Below, piece by piece: positions 58,246 through 64,000 of a stretch of DNA of 64,000 nt. The DNA lies in NCBI GenBank assembly GCA_038874135.1, contig JAVZCZ010000001.1, positions 64,001 through 128,000 of the forward strand. The letters are read 5' to 3'. The position numbers were made by a program, and so were the translations under genes. Under the pieces are notes generated by a model, which ran no database searches, was not told the origin of the DNA, and saw only the letters and a program-made list of their open reading frames with translations. The first letter of the stretch is position 1, and each line of letters begins with the position of its first letter. Origin of the DNA: Candidatus Woesearchaeota archaeon (GTDB lineage Archaea > Nanobdellota > Nanobdellia > Woesearchaeales > 0-14-0-80-44-23).

Positions 58246-58746
58246 ATGATAAAGATATTTCCAGATGTAAAAGTAGAGCTAAAAAAGCTAGTAACTAAGA
58301 GTCCGTACTTTTCAAAATTGTTATATTCTGAGGAGCGGGACCCAATTAGTTATATTGCACAACTTATGCTGCTCTCAGTTGAATCAAAAAGGATGCTTGT
58401 GGGCGCTACTATTGATGAGTATGTCTCGCGCGCATTGGAAGATGCTCAAAAAGAGGGAATAATCTTTCATTATAATGAGAAAGACTTCCTAGACTTCATG
58501 ATTAAAAATTTTGTCAAACTGAATCTAGTTTACGGGGTAATAGAAGAAGAGTCAAAGCCAAATAGCGTTGAGCGAATAATTGAGGATTACAGCGTATTGC
58601 AGAAGTTCCTCTCTACTGGTTCGGGATGCTATGTTGCTAAAAATGTTAACCGTACAATCTTTGTGCCTTCAGATTTGCTGACTCAAATTGCTTGGGGATT
58701 TAAGTATGATAAGAATTTTCTTAGGAATATGCACGACTCTTTATGA
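58246..58746 (+). CDS. hypothetical protein (paralog of next gene)
   Basis: MIKIFPDVKVELK...LVGATIDEY...FHYNEKDF...IFVPS. Confidence 0.6.
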   Translation: MIKIFPDVKVELKKLVTKSPYFSKLLYSEERDPISYIAQLMLLSVESKRMLVGATIDEYVSRALEDAQKEGIIFHYNEKDFLDFMIKNFVKLNLVYGVIEEESKPNSVERIIEDYSVLQKFLSTGSGCYVAKNVNRTIFVPSDLLTQIAWGFKYDKNFLRNMHDSL

Positions 58747-58754
58747 TTTTATAA

Positions 58755-59249
58755 GTGATCAGCATGGTAATAAAAACATTTCCGGATGTTAAAGTAGAAA
58801 TAAAGCAGTCCCCATTTTCAAATTCTTCTTATCTAAGAATCTTTTTTTCTTTTGAAAAAAGTCCTGCGGGATACATAATTTTAGACGCAGTTGAAAGTAT
58901 TGAAAGGGAGCACAAACTTTTAGGAAAAACCATTGATGAATATTTTAAAAGTGCTGTGGAGAAGAATGCTAAAAATCCTCACTTTTTCTCTTATTCAGAA
59001 CAAGATTTTATAGATGGAGTAATAAATGATCTTATGCCTAAGAGGCTATTTTGTGCAGTGCTATTGAAGGATCAGTATGCAAACGCGCCTGAGTTTATAT
59101 TCACTTCTGAAGCACCATTAATTTCGACTATTTCTGAGGATAAACAATCTCTTGAAAGATTGATATTTACTCCATCCTCTATTTTTACTCAGCAGGTTCT
59201 GGGATTCTCATACGAGCTGATAAACCTGAGAAGGATTGAACCGTACTAA
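58755..59249 (+). CDS. hypothetical protein (paralog of previous gene)
   Basis: VIKTFPDVKVEIK...LLGKTIDEY...FSYSEQDF...IFTPS. Confidence 0.6.
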   Translation: MISMVIKTFPDVKVEIKQSPFSNSSYLRIFFSFEKSPAGYIILDAVESIEREHKLLGKTIDEYFKSAVEKNAKNPHFFSYSEQDFIDGVINDLMPKRLFCAVLLKDQYANAPEFIFTSEAPLISTISEDKQSLERLIFTPSSIFTQQVLGFSYELINLRRIEPY

Positions 59250-59323
59250 TAAGTTGTTGTAACTAATAAGTAACGAAAAATTTATAAATCAGTTAGTTTT
59301 TCTTATATTATGGAGGTGATAAA

Positions 59324-59662
59324 ATGTCTGAAAGCCTAGAAGGCATAGTTAACCGCATAGGAATAAATAAGGTTCCTTCAAATAATATTGCTTCAATTAG
59401 CTACATAAATATGATAATCCATTTTTCCGGCTATGGGCTTAAAAAAGATACTGCCCAAGGCACTTATTATATTTACAACCTTACGACTAGTGCACTAGTA
59501 GGGACACTATATGAGCTAACCAACTCTTCTAAACGAGTTACTGGTTACGATATTGACATCTGGGAGCCTAATCATAAAGAATTAATTGAAGTTCTAAATG
59601 AGGTTTCAGGCGTAAGGAATATAGTAGAATATAACAAGCCACTTAACTTGTTTTTTAATTAA
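59324..59662 (+). CDS. hypothetical protein
   Basis: 112 aa; GGAGGTGA SD and BRE/TATA (GAAAAATTTATAAA) upstream. Confidence 0.6.
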   Translation: MSESLEGIVNRIGINKVPSNNIASISYINMIIHFSGYGLKKDTAQGTYYIYNLTTSALVGTLYELTNSSKRVTGYDIDIWEPNHKELIEVLNEVSGVRNIVEYNKPLNLFFN

Positions 59663-59781
59663 AAATATTTAAATCTTTTAGTTTTTAATTTGTATTCTTT
59701 TGGATAAAAGATAAATATAGGTTCATTCTATTGGTTCATTCTGAATTTTTTATTAACTTAAAAACGAACTAACCATAAACC

Positions 59782-59797
59782 GAAAGCTTTAAATATA
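59782..59797 (+). promoter_or_regulatory. probable rRNA operon promoter (BRE + TATA)
   Basis: GAAAGCTTTAAATATA about 220 nt upstream of 16S, followed by a structured leader. Confidence 0.5.
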
Positions 59798-60011
59798 ACC
59801 TACCTGCTCTTATTTTATTGTAACTGAAATTTTCTCAGTTAACATTTGTCTCCGACTGGAACCGAAAGGTTTCAGTAAGCAAAAGATGTGTGCTTGACAG
59901 GATTGTCAAGTGCGAAGGTGGATATGAGAGACCGAGAAGTGACTTGTGAGAGTGCAAGTCCTATTCTTTTAAGTTGAAGTTATAAGCGAACGTGCTCAAA
60001 AGACCGCATTA

Positions 60012-61479
<1,468 letters not shown>

Positions 61480-61524
61480 TTTTATTTTAATCTCTCATAT
61501 CCGCCTTTATATTCATAGGAGGAT

Positions 61525-61651
61525 GGGCCCGTAGCTCAGTCTGGTAGAGCACCACCCTTGCACGCTTTGTATGAGCAAAGAACGGCGGGGGCCTCGGGTT
61601 CAAAAAAGTCCATCATTAATCTGGTGGGCTGTGGAATTCCCGACGGGTCCA
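61525..61651 (+). tRNA. tRNA-Ala(TGC) with two introns (61563-61582 at 37/38; 61605-61637 at 59/60)
   Basis: Removing both segments gives a 74-nt cloverleaf GGGCCCG...CTTGCAC...TCGGG-TTCAAAT-CCCGA-CGGGTCC-A; BHB-like junctions. Confidence 0.88.
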
Positions 61652-61761
61652 TTCCTTTCAAAATATTCACGCTCACAAGTTGAGTGCAGCTGAGCATTAC
61701 AGGGTAATGCTGAGCGAAGGGTTGATGTTAATGAGACCATGCATAGGAAGCAGAATAGGAT

Positions 61762-64000
61762 GAAGCTGTCAGATGGATGACTCGGCTTAAAACGCCGATG
61801 AAGGATGCGACAAGCAGCATTATGCTCCGGCGAGCCGCATGTGGGCTTTGAACCGGAGGTTTCCGAATGGGAATCCTGCCCCGCGAGGGGCGATCCGAAA
61901 GGATCGGGAACGCAGGGAACTAAAACATTTCAGTACCTGCAGGAAGAGAAATCAATTGAGATGCGGTTAGTAACAGCGAGTGAAAGCCGCTCAGGGCAAA
62001 CTGAATTTCGCTCCGCAAGGTGCGAAAGATGTGGTGTTGTAGGACCGCATGCACGGTTCTTTATCCGGGAATCCAAACTCTCTTGAAACAGAGGGCCTTA
62101 GAGGGTGAAAGCCCCGTAGGAGTAACTGGGTAGAGAATCTGGCGAGTTCCTGAGTACCGCACATCGGATATTGTGCGGGAATCTGGGAGGCATCAACTTC
62201 CAACCCTAAATACGTTTTAAGTCCGATAGAGGAGAAGTACCGCGAGGGAAAGTTGAAAAGAACCCATAACAGGGAGTTAAAAGAGCCTGAAATCTGGCAG
62301 CGACAGCGTGCTAGGGCACTACGGTGTTCTAGCGTTCGTTTTGAATAACGAGCCAGGGAGTATGCTTGAGTGGCGAGGTTAACTGATGAAGGTAGCCGAA
62401 GCGAAAGCGAGTTTCCGCAGCCCGCAAGGGTGAGGGAACGGGTGTGAAAGCGCCTTGAGTCACTTGAGCACGACCCGAAACCGGGTGATCTATGCCAGGG
62501 TAGGGTGAAGCGGGGATAAAACCCCGTGGAGGCCCGAAGAGGTTCTACGTACAAGTGTTCTCGTAACCTTGGTATAGGGGTGAAAAGCCCATCGAACCCG
62601 GTGATAGCTGGTTCCGATCGAATCTGGCCGCAGTCAGGCCTCAGGCGAGACTGCCTAAAAGGTAGAGATACGGATTGGGGATTTAGGTTCCGAAAGGGAT
62701 CGGTCCCTTGTCCAACTCCGAATTTTTAGGCGTCGTAGACCCTGAGAGACGGGGTGTCTGGGTTAAGCTTGACATCCGAGAGGGGAACAACCCAGATTGT
62801 GGTTAAGGTCCCTAAAATTGGCTAAGTGTCAAAGGACGAAGAGTGTCTGTAGCCATAGACAGCTGGGAGGTTGGCTTAGAAGCAGCAACCCTTTAAAAAG
62901 TGCGTAACAGCTTACCAGTCAAGGTTACAGGCCTCCAAAACGGACGGGACTAAGCCAATTACCGATACCACAAGCGATGAAAATCTGCGGTAGATCGGTG
63001 TTCTGCAAGGGCAGAAGCGCTTCCGAGAGGAAACGTGGACCTTGTGGAAATAATAATCCTGGCAAGAGTAGGATCCAAGCAGAGTGAGAATCTCTGCCGC
63101 CGAAAGGGCTAGGTTTCCTTGACAATGCAGTTCAGTCAAGGGTTAGTCGGTCCTAACCGCGCCCCTAGCTGGGAGTCGCGGGACAGGGAAACGGGTTAAT
63201 ATTCCCGTACTGCTCAAGTATGTGCGGCAACGCAGGTTGGATTCCTGACGTTTCGGGCTAGGTTGACATGAACCGTCGTTCATGTTAATCAGAATAGGTC
63301 GGGGGAGTATCATAATGATGAGAACCCGAGCAAGCTGAGACGAGCTGGCGCACGCCAGTTCAGCCGATGCCTGGAACCCGTGAAAAAGGAATCCAAAAAA
63401 ATCTTGAGCAACCGTACCAAGAACCGGCACAGGTGCCCCTGGGTGAGAAGCCCAAGGCGTGATAGGGATAATCCGGGTAAGGGAACTCGGCAAATTGGCC
63501 CCGTACCTTCGGTATAAGGGGTCCCTGCCTTCGTGCTCGTAAGAGTGCGAAAACAGGGCGCAGTGACTAGGGGGGTCTGACTGTTTAACAAAAACACAAC
63601 ATTCCGCTATCCCGAAAGGGGTTGAATGGAATGTGACATCTGCCCAGTACCTGTACTTCAAACTCCGGTCCAACGGAGCTAAGAGCAGGCAAACGGCGGG
63701 GGTAACTATAACTCTCTTAAGGTAGCGAAATACCTTGTCGTTTGAATGACGACGCGCATGAGTGATGTAACAAGATCCTCACTGTCCCTACCTGGAACCT
63801 ACTGAACATCCTGTTCTGGTGTGGAGGCCAGAGTTTCCCAGTGGGAAGTGAAGACCCCGTGAAACTTTACTGTAGCTAGTTGCTGCAATTCGGACTTCTT
63901 TGTAAAGAGTAGATGGGAGTTGCTTGAAGACCTAATCGAGAGATTGGGTTTAGACGAAAGTGTAACACCATCCTAAGAAATCAGAATTGCTAACCCGAAT
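61762..64000 (+). rRNA. rrl: 23S rRNA (partial; runs off the window; 5' end approximate)
   Basis: GGATGACTCGGCT, GAACTAAAACATTTCAGTA, AGTACCGCGAGGGAAAG, GTAACTATAAC.CTCTTAAGGTAGCGAAA, AAGACCCCGTG. Confidence 0.97.

Noticed and set aside
59720-59742. GGTTCATTCT direct repeat as a CRISPR or iteron remnant
   Set aside because: Only two 10-nt copies; no array or cas genes anywhere in the window

Overview
Archaeal chromosome segment, most likely DPANN (Woesearchaeota/Nanoarchaeota-like). This is inferred from the 16S rRNA 5' end (TCCCGTTGATCCTGCG), the archaeal information genes (class I LysRS, aIF2alpha/gamma, S27e, S6e, Nop10, TFS, XPD) and bacterial-type extras (gyrB, queA, queH). The window ends in an rRNA operon: 16S, a tRNA-Ala with two introns, and a partial 23S. 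Two accessory systems stand out. (1) A four-gene operon at 29034-33753 reads as a ubiquitin-like conjugation cascade: a candidate Ubl with a masked GG, an E2-like protein, a JAMM protease and a two-domain E1, in bilABCD order. (2) A lipid-signal-like cluster at 16.5-23.9 kb holds an acyl-adenylating ligase, an acyl carrier protein, a GAF histidine kinase, a receiver domain fused to a FeeM/LuxI-type acyltransferase and a SAM methyltransferase, and it converges on a V4R-KaiC-V4R module. Also found: a box C/D sRNA with a plausible 23S helix-69 target inside the window, an unidentified ~224-nt structured RNA, a tRNA-His/queH/queA cluster, an uncharacterised AAA+/coiled-coil operon, a degenerate P1B ATPase and several small ORFs missing from the track. 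All calls come from reading motifs by eye; no searches were run.
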